DNA from: Bacillota bacterium
GTDB lineage: Bacteria > Bacillota > Clostridia > Saccharofermentanales > Fastidiosipilaceae
DNA: 63,153 bases
Direction of reading: 5' to 3'
Assembly: GCA_023442635.1 (NCBI GenBank)
Contig: JAEZYR010000145.1
Location: 1 to 63,153, forward strand
The translations under genes and the position numbers were made by a program. Shown here piece after piece: positions 21,320 to 29,846 of this stretch. Each line of letters opens with the position of its first letter. The stretch's first letter is position 1. The notes below the pieces were generated by a model. It saw only the letters and a list, made by a program, of their open reading frames with translations. It made no database searches and was not told where the DNA came from.

Positions 21320-23083
21320 TTAACTTTCGATTCGCCTCCGTAATTTAGAAATATCTTCCGCTAACTGACCATGAGGATCTCTAGCCAATTCTTTGCTAAC
21401 ACAATCACAGTTATACATCACCGTTGAGTAGTGTCGGTTAGCAAAAAATTGTCCTATTTGTTCGTAAGATGCACCAAGGACTTCTCGACAAAGGTAGAGG
21501 GCTACTTTGCGTGGATCAGAGATATTGCGGCTGCGTTTATCTGAAAGAAGCTCACTGGCTTGGCGACCATAATAGCGAGCGACTATTTCGATGATCATTT
21601 CGTGACTGACCTTGCGATTATGGGCAGGAGAAATAATGTCTTTAAGAGCCAATCGGGCTAAATTGAGATCAAATTTTTCTTCACCAGCCAAAGTAGCGTA
21701 AGCCATGATGGTTTTGAAGGCGCCTTCCATTTCGCGCACAGAACTCACGATATTGTTAGCGATATAGTCGGCAATATCGAAAGAAAGCTTGAAGTTGGCT
21801 TCTTCGGCCAAGTGCTCGAGGATGGCGAGACGTGTCTCATAGTCTGGTGTTTGGATATCGACAATCAGACCTGAAGAAAAACGTGTGACCAGACGTTCTT
21901 CAATTGCGGTCAAGCTCTGGGGTGGCTTGTCGCAGGTCATAACAATATTGCGGTCATTTACGAAAAGTGCATTAAAAGTATTGAAAAATTCTTCTTTTGT
22001 GCGATCTTTACCCGTCAATAATTGGATATCGTCAATCAAAAGCAGATCACAGCTGCGGTAGCGCTGGCGAAATTCATCATAGCGATTGTTACGAGAAGCA
22101 GCGACAAATTCGTTGACGATCTGCTCACATTGGACGTAGATCATGCGGCGGTCGGGATGCTCTTTGAGTACGTAGTTGCCAATAGCCATGAGCAGGTGCG
22201 TTTTGCCCAAGCCAGAACCACCGTAAATAAAGAGGGGATTGTAATTGCGGTTGCCTTGTTTTTTGGCGACAGCTTCACAAGCAGCATGGGCAAAGCGATT
22301 GCCTGTGCCAACAATAAAATTGTCGAAAGTCATGCTAGGGTCAATGCGCGAGGAATTGTAACCCTGGGCTTGTAGGGTGATGTCTGTTTGGTGAAAGCTG
22401 GAGGTGGCTCTGGTTTGAGCAGAAGGATTGGGCATATGCGCTGTTCCTTCTTGGTTCGAACTTGCATCACTGCCAGAGGAGCTTGTTGCTACAGGGGCTT
22501 GTAGTTTGGCAAAATCTGTCTTTTGCTGGTGGGCGAATCGCTGTTTTTCATCGTAAGCATCGCGACGATCTTGGGCGTAATCCACTTGCTTTTGCGCCTT
22601 GCTTGGGCGCTCGGATGAGGGCAATTGATATTGGGCAGGGGCAAAATGCCAGTCGGGTAAAGAATCCAAAATAGGCGTATGGGCCAGGCGTTCTCTTTCT
22701 TCTTTCCAACGGTAGTACATCCAATGCGCAATAGCCGCATAATCTTCGTCCGTATCGAGAGGTACAGGATAATAGCCGCTTTTTTTGAGGGCGGGATTGA
22801 TGTAAGGAAGCCCCATCGATGAGCGAATTTCGTCTTCGAGCACAAGATCGCCTAGGGCTGGATGCTCGGGAAAAAGACGGCTGTGTATTTTTTTGATTTC
22901 GGGTACATAGGGCGCGATAAAACGGCGGAGGGTCTGATTAGGGGCGGCCAAACATAGATAGCCATCATGATCAGGATAGGGAACAAGATTATTCAGCCAA
23001 GAATTGAGGACGACACGAGAAGTCGTCTGTTCCAAAACGCGATAGATGGTGAGCCAGCAGGACAAAATATCGATGGATTGCAT
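21320..23083 (-). CDS. dnaA: Chromosomal replication initiator DnaA (long domain II linker)
   Basis: Walker A GGSGLGKTHLLMAIGN, Walker B LLLIDDIQLL, sensor VREMEGAF, and the C-terminal HTH LYLCRE...SYEQIGQFFANRHYSTVMY. The track ORF extends to 23170. I chose the ATG at 23083 (MQSIDILSCWLTIYRVLEQ) because GAGG lies 8 nt upstream and the N-terminus then matches DnaA domain I. Confidence 0.93.
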   Translation of the reverse strand: MQSIDILSCWLTIYRVLEQTTSRVVLNSWLNNLVPYPDHDGYLCLAAPNQTLRRFIAPYVPEIKKIHSRLFPEHPALGDLVLEDEIRSSMGLPYINPALKKSGYYPVPLDTDEDYAAIAHWMYYRWKEERERLAHTPILDSLPDWHFAPAQYQLPSSERPSKAQKQVDYAQDRRDAYDEKQRFAHQQKTDFAKLQAPVATSSSGSDASSNQEGTAHMPNPSAQTRATSSFHQTDITLQAQGYNSSRIDPSMTFDNFIVGTGNRFAHAACEAVAKKQGNRNYNPLFIYGGSGLGKTHLLMAIGNYVLKEHPDRRMIYVQCEQIVNEFVAASRNNRYDEFRQRYRSCDLLLIDDIQLLTGKDRTKEEFFNTFNALFVNDRNIVMTCDKPPQSLTAIEERLVTRFSSGLIVDIQTPDYETRLAILEHLAEEANFKLSFDIADYIANNIVSSVREMEGAFKTIMAYATLAGEEKFDLNLARLALKDIISPAHNRKVSHEMIIEIVARYYGRQASELLSDKRSRNISDPRKVALYLCREVLGASYEQIGQFFANRHYSTVMYNCDCVSKELARDPHGQLAEDISKLRRRIES

Positions 23084-23418
23084 AGAGAAGACCTCGCCTA
23101 GGAGTCGTTTCATTCTAGCATTTACTGTATCGCATGTGGAAAGTTTGAATATTAGATTGAAAATATACAATTAAGAATAACGGGATAGATTGCGATAGAA
23201 ATAGCTATGAAAATAGATTAAAGGGATTGATAAACAAGAATATAGAGTTAAATAGGCATAGAAAGCTAAATTCTGAATGGTGTATAAGATATTCTTAAAA
23301 TGAATAATATTAGATTAAAATTCATTATAAATGATTTTTTATGCATTTTGCATAATAGACATAAGAAGCTAGGAAACATACAATGCGCCGTAAACCTAAA
23401 AGGTGATGGAGGAAAAAG
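23084..23418. promoter_or_regulatory. Strongly AT-rich divergent spacer upstream of dnaA (promoters; possible second oriC half or DUE)
   Basis: The region is visibly A/T-dominated compared with its flanks. The only DnaA-box-like element is degenerate (TGTGGAAAG at 23135-23143). Confidence 0.4.
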
Positions 23419-24324
23419 ATGAACAAACATGTCCACAAAGCTATGGCACTTATGGGAGCTGTGCTACTGACATTGACGGCTTGCCAATCCTCAGCGGAAG
23501 GGTCAAAAGAAAAGTCCCCTGCCAGCCCTAGTCATCTAGCAACTCATACAGACCTGAGCGCTGCACCTTCAGATGTCCAGTCCAAGGACACAGAGGCCAA
23601 AAAGGGCGAAAAAGGCTACAAGCAGCCAGAAGACCTGAAAGGGCAAAAGCTTTCTGTCCAGGCTGGCACAACAGGTGAAGACTATGCGATTGAGCTTTCA
23701 GGGCGTGATGCCGTCAGCTCCTTTGAAAAATACATCGACGCTATTTTGGAACTCAGACAAGGCAAGGTAGAAGCCTGCGTCATGGACGGTGAACCAGCCA
23801 AACTGATTGTGGCAGGAAATCCTGATCTCGTTATTCTAGAAAAACCTTTGGGTGTCGAAAATTACGCTATAGCGGTCAAAAAAGGCAATGGCGAGCTTTT
23901 ACAGAAGGTCAACGCTGTCATCAAGGAAGAAAAAGAAGCCGGTCGCATCGAGGCTAGTGTTTCAGCCTATATCCAAGATGAAGAATCAGCAGCCGCATCT
24001 TTGGACTTTAATGAGGGCGGCGAGGGCCAGCTCAAAGTGGGCACCGAAGCGGGCTTTGCGCCTTACGAAACCTATGTGGGTGACAAGATCGCAGGTAGCG
24101 ATATTCAGTTAGCCGCTACATTGGCCAAAGCGATGAACAAGCAGCTGCAAGTGGAAGATATGGCCTTCGATAGCCTCCTGATGGCTCTTCAAAATGGACA
24201 GGTGGACTTGGTTATTGCTGGGATGACCGTCAATGAAGAAAGAAGCAAGGTGGTCGACTTCTCCGAGCCCTATTTTGAGGCTAAGCAAGTCGTCGTCATT
24301 CGCAAAGATGACCTGGCTCATTAA
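23419..24324 (+). CDS. Polar amino-acid ABC transporter substrate-binding lipoprotein (family 3)
   Basis: Signal peptide plus lipobox (LLTLTAC). Two PBP lobes: LSVQAGTTGEDYA and GTEAGFAPYE...DLVIAGMTVNEERSKVVDFSEPYF. RBS GGAGGAAAAAG precedes the ATG. Confidence 0.88.
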   Translation: MNKHVHKAMALMGAVLLTLTACQSSAEGSKEKSPASPSHLATHTDLSAAPSDVQSKDTEAKKGEKGYKQPEDLKGQKLSVQAGTTGEDYAIELSGRDAVSSFEKYIDAILELRQGKVEACVMDGEPAKLIVAGNPDLVILEKPLGVENYAIAVKKGNGELLQKVNAVIKEEKEAGRIEASVSAYIQDEESAAASLDFNEGGEGQLKVGTEAGFAPYETYVGDKIAGSDIQLAATLAKAMNKQLQVEDMAFDSLLMALQNGQVDLVIAGMTVNEERSKVVDFSEPYFEAKQVVVIRKDDLAH

Positions 24325-24371
24325 GAAGCTGAGCCTTTAGATCACAGGTTCAGATGCTTGGTCAGAGGCAC

Positions 24372-24397
24372 GTGCCAGAGGAACATGCCTCTGGCAC
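24372..24397 (+). promoter_or_regulatory. Intercistronic stem-loop between the binding-protein and permease genes
   Basis: A perfect 10-bp stem GTGCCAGAGG/CCTCTGGCAC with a 6-nt loop and no U-tail. This is typical of the stabiliser or attenuator hairpins found after ABC binding-protein genes. Confidence 0.5.
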
Positions 24398-24418
24398 ATA
24401 TAGAAAAAGAGGCAAAAA

Positions 24419-25237
24419 TTGAGCTTTTTGGGGCGCAAACAGCTAGGAAAACGGCAGCGAAAGGATCAGCAGCGATTCTTCATTTTGGGTATTGTCGTTC
24501 TCATCATCGGTTTGTATTTCTATCAGGGTGGAGGCATCCACAATAGCATGGAGCACTGGCAGGCGGTCTACCTCCACCAAGATCGCTGGTTGTGGCTCCT
24601 CAATGGCCTAGGCGCCACACTCGTATTGACCCTGATTGCACTAGCAACAGGGCTTGTGATAGGGCTTTTGATTTCCCTCATTCGGGTGAGTTATCAGGCT
24701 GGCGCGCCGATTGCTTTTCTGAATAGTTTGGCGGAGCTTTACATCGCTGTTTTGCGTGGAACACCCGTCACCCTCCAGCTGATGATCATCTACTTTGGCC
24801 TCTTTGCCCAATTGCCCGTCAATCGCATTGTGGCGGCTGGCTTAGCCTTTGGCATCAATTCTGGTGCTTATGTGGCTGAAATTTTTAGAGCTGGCATCGA
24901 TTCTGTTGACGGAGGTCAGCTCGAAGCTGCTCGAAGCCTAGGCATGCCGTACCTGATGGCGATGCGCCTGGTTGTACTGCCTCAGGCGACGCGAAATGTT
25001 CTGCCTACTTTGCTGAATGAGGCTATTGCTCTCCTCAAAGAAACAGCTGTTGCAGGGTATATAGCGGTGGGTGATTTAACGAGGGCAGCGAACAATATTC
25101 GGACCAAGACTTATGATATGGGGCCATTGTATGCGTCGGCCTTGATCTATTTGGCTATTGTGCTCCTCATGACGGCTGCTTTGCATCGCTTAGAAAGGCA
25201 TTTGAAACAACGTGATCGAGCTACAGCAAGTCTTTAA
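24419..25237 (+). CDS. Amino-acid ABC transporter permease (His/Glu/Gln/Arg/opine family)
   Basis: EAA-loop motif EAARSLGMPYLMAMRLVVLPQA with multiple TM helices. The start is uncertain: TTG at 24419 adds one extra TM helix, and ATG at 24548 gives the usual ~230 aa. Confidence 0.85.
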   Translation: MSFLGRKQLGKRQRKDQQRFFILGIVVLIIGLYFYQGGGIHNSMEHWQAVYLHQDRWLWLLNGLGATLVLTLIALATGLVIGLLISLIRVSYQAGAPIAFLNSLAELYIAVLRGTPVTLQLMIIYFGLFAQLPVNRIVAAGLAFGINSGAYVAEIFRAGIDSVDGGQLEAARSLGMPYLMAMRLVVLPQATRNVLPTLLNEAIALLKETAVAGYIAVGDLTRAANNIRTKTYDMGPLYASALIYLAIVLLMTAALHRLERHLKQRDRATASL

Positions 25238-25937
25238 AAATTACGGCGAACAGGCCGTTCTCAAGGGCATTTCACTCAAAATAGACAAGGGCGAAAGGGT
25301 GGCCATTATCGGTCCTTCTGGCTCTGGTAAATCCACACTTCTGCGCAGCATCAATCGACTAGAAGAAATAGATGGAGGCGAGATTTTCTTAGACGGCCTC
25401 TCCATCACCTCCAAAGAAATTTCTGTTGATACGCTGCGTCAGCGCTGTGGCATGGTCTTTCAGCATTTCAACCTTTTCAATCACAAACGCGTCATCGATA
25501 ACTTGTGCCTGGCCCCTGTTGCCCTCAAAAAGCAGAGCAGAGAAGAGGCCAGAAAGCAGGCTCTGCACTTGCTGGAGCGTGTTGGCCTCAAAGACAGGGC
25601 TGATGCTTGGCCTAGCCAATTGTCGGGTGGCCAAAAGCAAAGGGTGGCTATCGCCAGGGCTCTAGCCATGAATCCAGAGCTTTTGCTTTTTGATGAGCCT
25701 ACATCGGCACTGGATCCCGAAATGGTGGGCGAAGTGCTCAATGTCATGCGCCAGTTAGCAGAAGAAGGCATGACCATGATCGTGGTATCGCATGAAATGC
25801 GTTTTGTGCGCGAGCTGGCGAGTCGGGTGATTTTTATGGATGCTGGTGAAGTGCTAGCTGATGGCTCTGCCAGCTTCATTTTTGGCCCAGAAGCGCCAGC
25901 GCGAGTCCAGGCCTTTTTGCAACATTTTCAAGCTTGA
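25212..25937 (+). CDS. Amino-acid ABC transporter ATP-binding protein
   Basis: Walker A GPSGSGKST, signature LSGGQKQRVAIARAL, Walker B LLLFDEPTSALD and H-loop VVSHEM. The GTG start overlaps the end of the permease gene. Confidence 0.93.
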   Translation: MIELQQVFKNYGEQAVLKGISLKIDKGERVAIIGPSGSGKSTLLRSINRLEEIDGGEIFLDGLSITSKEISVDTLRQRCGMVFQHFNLFNHKRVIDNLCLAPVALKKQSREEARKQALHLLERVGLKDRADAWPSQLSGGQKQRVAIARALAMNPELLLFDEPTSALDPEMVGEVLNVMRQLAEEGMTMIVVSHEMRFVRELASRVIFMDAGEVLADGSASFIFGPEAPARVQAFLQHFQA

Positions 25938-26055
25938 TTGACCCAAGAAAGAAGGGCGACAAAGAAGAAGCGTCTGTGTGAGGAAGTTCGCACAGGCGCT
26001 TTCTAGCTTGAACAGGGGTCTTTGCTTAGCCTCTCATAAGAGCTTGTGTGTGGCA

Positions 26056-27087
26056 TTAGGGCTTGCGTGTGGCATGGCCAGCCCTGCTGCTGTTGGATCT
26101 AGGCTGTGGCGTCTGCCCTGGAGCACGTCTTTGAGCATGGTTTTGCGTCCTGCTTTGCGTACGACTTTGCGCTCTTTGAGTCTGAGCTCGGCTCTGCGAC
26201 CTGGCCTGTGTACGGCCTTGAGCCCTAGCCTGAGCTTTCGTGCTCTCTGATCTGGCTGAAGGACCTTGCATTTTGGATGAGCTGCTGCGATAAGAGCGCC
26301 TTTGACGGTCTTCGGAATAGGGCTGATCAGCAGCTTGACCTAGCCGTTTAGATGAAAAAGACCAGTTGGATTGAAATTCTGGATGGGGTGAAGATGGGGC
26401 AGTAGCTGTTAGGTCGAGCGTGCAGCGGTAAATGGCATTGCCAACAAAGCAAAGACAGGCGATGAGCCAGGCGCCCAAACTGTTGAGCAAGAGGTCGTTG
26501 ACATCAGCGATGCGCCACACCTGATTGCTGAGGTAGTCGACGAGCAATTGCAGCGATTCGATCAGCAAGGATAGCAGGAGGGTGGCACAGCAAGTGAGGG
26601 ATAGGCGAGTCCCTAAACCCTGAAAACGTGCCCAGAAAGACTGGCGTTCCGTAAAAGCGCGGAGGCGAAATTTGCGAAAGGAAAGGCCGATCCAACAAAA
26701 CAGAGCCGCTGGGGTCAGCAATAATAAGTTGCCAATTTGGTTGTAATAAAACAGCTGCAAGGGGTAGGCATTACCAGCGGCTAGGGCTTCTTGAGATAGG
26801 TGCCAACTTTCTAGGATGGGTTGGACAGGCTCTAGGACGAGGGCTTGATGCAATAAGGCTGTGTTGGCTCGCTCGGGCGCAAGCAGCGGACGCGGTAGGG
26901 GTAAGAGGGTTAGTTTGAGCAAAACACCCAGGTAGCTCGCGAGAAAAAAAGCGTAAAGGCAAGCTCTAAAAATGGCAAAACCTGGCCTATGGCGCAGAAG
27001 CTGGAGCAAAAGAACCAGTGCCGTGGCGCCTAAGCCGCAGGCGAGAGCCAGAATCGAAGTCTGTAGGTCGAGGGGTATAAAGTTCAT
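26056..27087 (-). CDS. VanZ-like integral membrane protein with an R/Q/S/T/A-rich repetitive C-terminal tail
   Basis: Multiple TM helices and the VanZ-type motif DVNDLLLNSLGAWL. The tail reads ...KAQARAQGRTQARSQSRAQTQRAQSRTQSRTQNHAQRR. Confidence 0.6.
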   Translation of the reverse strand: MNFIPLDLQTSILALACGLGATALVLLLQLLRHRPGFAIFRACLYAFFLASYLGVLLKLTLLPLPRPLLAPERANTALLHQALVLEPVQPILESWHLSQEALAAGNAYPLQLFYYNQIGNLLLLTPAALFCWIGLSFRKFRLRAFTERQSFWARFQGLGTRLSLTCCATLLLSLLIESLQLLVDYLSNQVWRIADVNDLLLNSLGAWLIACLCFVGNAIYRCTLDLTATAPSSPHPEFQSNWSFSSKRLGQAADQPYSEDRQRRSYRSSSSKMQGPSARSESTKAQARAQGRTQARSQSRAQTQRAQSRTQSRTQNHAQRRAPGQTPQPRSNSSRAGHATRKP

Positions 27088-27328
27088 ATTCCTTATTGTA
27101 TTAGATACGCGGATCTGTTTATTAAGAAAGTCTTAGTAGCGAAATGACCGGATGCATTGAGGATCCGCGAGAAGCTACGAAGCAGAGGGATAGAAGAGAA
27201 GGCAGCATTTGAATGACTGTGCTTTTGTTCTAAAAAATGGCTCAAAACGGAATTTAAAGTGGCGCTCAAGCGCAAGTCTGGACCACCAGAGGAATAATGC
27301 ACATCTTAGGCAGACGTGCTAAGCATCC

Positions 27329-27362
27329 AAAAGGGGCTGCATCATGCAGCTCCTTTTGTGTT
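27329..27362. terminator. Orphan bidirectional intrinsic-terminator hairpin
   Basis: AAAAGGGGCTGCATCATGCAGCTCCTTTTGTGTTT. The stem is ~10-13 bp and is flanked by an A-tract and a T-tract, so it could terminate on either strand. No annotated CDS lies upstream of it on either strand. Confidence 0.55.
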
Positions 27363-27385
27363 TGTCTTGGCTAACGTGCTATAAT
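27356..27385 (+). promoter_or_regulatory. Sigma-70-type promoter with an extended -10 for the 27491 gene
   Basis: TTGTGT (-35), an 18-nt spacer, then TGCTATAAT (TGn plus TATAAT at 27380-27385). It lies about 105 nt upstream of the ATG. Confidence 0.45.
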
Positions 27386-27490
27386 ATTTTCCGTGCAATT
27401 TTTACGCTGGAACTTGAGCCGCTCTTTTCGCACAGGTGATGCGAACGAGATCGAGTCTCAAGACACAGAAAGTAGAGTTTATTTAACAGA

Positions 27491-28138
27491 ATGAATGTAC
27501 AGTCACACTTCTACATGGCTCGCCTGATCGTGCGTGAGGTGAATCGACGCCTTCCCGTGAAGATTCAGGAACAGGCCTTTGTGGCAGGGTGTATGCTTGC
27601 AGACTACAGTCTCGTCACGCTGAAACATCAGCACTTGCCTTGCCGTTCTCTGGAATGGGTTAAGGAAAACATCAGCCTGCTTTCAGCCATCGAGGCCGAT
27701 TTTGATGTCTTTGATGACAACTACCTTGTGGCCTATCACTTAGGCACTGTTGTCCATTACGTCTGTGACTTCTTTTGCTGGGCGCATAGTGGCGAGACCT
27801 TCGGCAACACGCGCGAGCACTTGCAGTATGAGGACTTCCTCGATAACTACCGTTACAGCCACGCCGAAGAGTTCTCTTCGCGAGAGTGGTTGCCGGACTT
27901 GGTGGCCATGCGCTCGGCTGACGAGATTAACGAGCATTTGGATCACCATGTCAAAGCCTATCGCCAAGGTGGGCAGTCGGTGCGCCGTGATCTGGAGTTG
28001 GCCATCAGCCATAGCATTCGGGTGCTCTATTCGCTTGCTGCCATACGCTTGCGCCAGACGGAGCAGGCGGCTGCACTGGATGCTCTCGAGGCCGAAAGAG
28101 TCAGACCTGTTTATGCCAATCAGGTGACTGCGGACTAA
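27491..28138 (+). CDS. Hypothetical protein, His/Cys/Asp-rich (possibly zinc-dependent phospholipase C-like fold)
   Basis: 215-aa ORF with its own promoter. The segment HLGTVVHYVCDFFCWAH and several other His/Asp residues suggest a metal-binding site. The family assignment comes from memory only and is weak. Confidence 0.5.
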   Translation: MNVQSHFYMARLIVREVNRRLPVKIQEQAFVAGCMLADYSLVTLKHQHLPCRSLEWVKENISLLSAIEADFDVFDDNYLVAYHLGTVVHYVCDFFCWAHSGETFGNTREHLQYEDFLDNYRYSHAEEFSSREWLPDLVAMRSADEINEHLDHHVKAYRQGGQSVRRDLELAISHSIRVLYSLAAIRLRQTEQAAALDALEAERVRPVYANQVTAD

Positions 28139-28350
28139 CAGCGAGGCAAAATGAGAAAGCTCGAGCGTACGCTTCTGAAGCGTACGCTTTTTTGTTGGGG
28201 CTGCGCTACTGCAAAACACAGGATATCGCTGAAGGTTTCTTGTCACTTGAAGAAAGGGTGGGAGCGGAGGAAACGAAGGTTTACCTTGCGCTCCATCCAT
28301 TTAGACGAGGCAGCCGAGGAACAAAGCGAAAGAGAGCGAGGACAGTTGCC

Positions 28351-28758
28351 GTGATCCGAATCGCAACGTACAACGCCTTTCAGCGAGACGAAATTCACGC
28401 GCTCTACGCGAGTGTGGGCTGGACGGCCTATACGGACGATCTAGAACGCCTTGAGCGAGCTTTCGCCAAGTCGCTTTTGGTTCTAGCGGCCTATGACGAG
28501 GGCAACTTGCTAGGTCTTTTGCGACTTGTGGGAGATGGAGAAGCGATCGTGTTTCTGCAAGATGTACTCGTGCGCCCAGCGTGTCAACGGCAAGGGATCG
28601 GCCGCGCCCTCATCGAAGAAGCCCTCCGCCGCTATCCCGATATTCGCCAAGTCCAATTGACGACCGATCGCAGCGAGAAAACGCAGGCCTTCTATGAGAC
28701 CTTGGGTTTTTGCCGACACGAGGACATGGGTCTTGTGTCCTATATGCTAAGACGATGA
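28351..28758 (+). CDS. GNAT family N-acetyltransferase
   Basis: Acetyl-CoA motif VRPACQRQGIGRALIEEA. The GTG at 28351, with GAGGA ~10 nt upstream, gives a typical ~135-aa GNAT. The upstream part of the track ORF (from 28192) looks non-coding. Confidence 0.8.
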   Translation: MIRIATYNAFQRDEIHALYASVGWTAYTDDLERLERAFAKSLLVLAAYDEGNLLGLLRLVGDGEAIVFLQDVLVRPACQRQGIGRALIEEALRRYPDIRQVQLTTDRSEKTQAFYETLGFCRHEDMGLVSYMLRR

Positions 28759-28937
28759 AGCAAAAGAAGGGGAGCCCTTCTATCGGGCAAGCCTTCATGG
28801 ATAGAAAGTGAACACGGACATAAGCCATGGACAAGAGCCTGTGGATCAAAAGGATTTACGCCAGTTGGGAATCGCTCCACTATGTCCGCAAAAGGACAGC
28901 AGCAAGGGCAAAAGGCAAGACCCTTTCGGAACATAGC

Positions 28938-29846
28938 ATGGGGCTTTTGACCGTTTTGCTTTCAGCCATTATCTATGGTTTCATGCCTTTGGCTGCCAAG
29001 TACTTTCGCCTAGCTTCGGGCGATTCAGCCCTCTTAGCTTTGTTGCGCTTCTTTTTCTCGGCCCTCATCTTGGGGCTTTTTGTGTGGCAGAGTGGGCAGG
29101 GCTTCTACTTGACCAAGGCACAGTTTTTTCGCCTGCTCATCCTTTCTTTCTTCTATGCCGTTACACCGCCGTTGCTGTATTCGAGCTATGAGTATTTGGA
29201 CACGGGACTGGCGACGGTCTTGCATTTTTCTTACCCAGCCTTTGTCTTGCTGCTGACCCTGCTCTTCTTCCGCGAGCGCATCTCCCTGAAGGCCTGGATC
29301 AGCTTGCTCTTGGCCATTGCTGGCATCGCGCTGATTCAGGTGGCCGCAAGTGGAGGGGGGAAGCCCGAAAGCCTAGCAAAAGCCGCCCATTTATCGCATA
29401 TGTCTAAGGCCGTTTATCTGGGTGTCTTTTTGGCGCTCATCTCAGGTCTGACCTATGCGGCTTATATGGTCTAATACGCTAAGGCGGAAATTTTGACCCT
29501 TCCGCTCCCTAAACTGGTCTTTTACTTGAACTTTTTTTCTTTTTTGTTTTTGCTGCCTTATCGCGCGTTTACTGGACCAGCCTTTTCCTTCAACGCAACG
29601 ACGATCGGCATTGGACTTGGCGTGGCTTTTTCCTGCTCCGTGCTGGCGACGATACTCTTTCAGTTTGGCACCTCGCAGATAGGGGCACAAAAGGCGGCCT
29701 TGCTTTCGACCTTTGAACCCTTGACCAGCGTGATTGTCGGAGCTCTCTTTATGGGCGAAGTTATGACGTCGACTTCGTTTTTGGGTATGGCCTTAGTTCT
29801 GTTGGCTTCCATCATTTTGGTTTTCGAAAAGAAAAAGGCGACCTAA
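28938..29846 (+). pseudogene. EamA/DMT family transporter interrupted by a single in-frame TAA (29472-29474)
   Basis: Track ORFs 28827-29474 and 29493-29846 are in the same frame. Read together they give ...LTYAAYMV*YAKAEILTLPLPKLVFY..., the two 5-TM EamA halves of one ~300-aa transporter. Confidence 0.75.

Noticed and set aside
23100-23170. A longer DnaA N-terminus using the track start at 23170 or the ATG at 23113.
   Set aside because: Neither has a Shine-Dalgarno sequence, and the extra residues (MYIFNLIFKLSTCDTVNAR...) do not resemble DnaA domain I. The segment also contains a DnaA-box-like TGTGGAAAG, which fits non-coding origin or promoter DNA.
26056-26300. Repetitive DNA (TTTGCG / GAGC units) at the 3' end of the VanZ-like gene and the overlapping 90-aa plus-strand ORF 25978-26250.
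   Set aside because: The repeats simply encode the R/A/Q/S/T-rich C-terminal tail of the minus-strand protein. They are not a discrete tandem array or a CRISPR-like element, and the plus-strand ORF is an antisense artefact.
27740-28300. A 186-aa minus-strand ORF antisense to the 27491-28138 gene.
   Set aside because: The plus-strand ORF has a matching extended -10 promoter and a more protein-like composition. The minus-strand translation is P/R/S-rich junk and would run into the GNAT upstream region.
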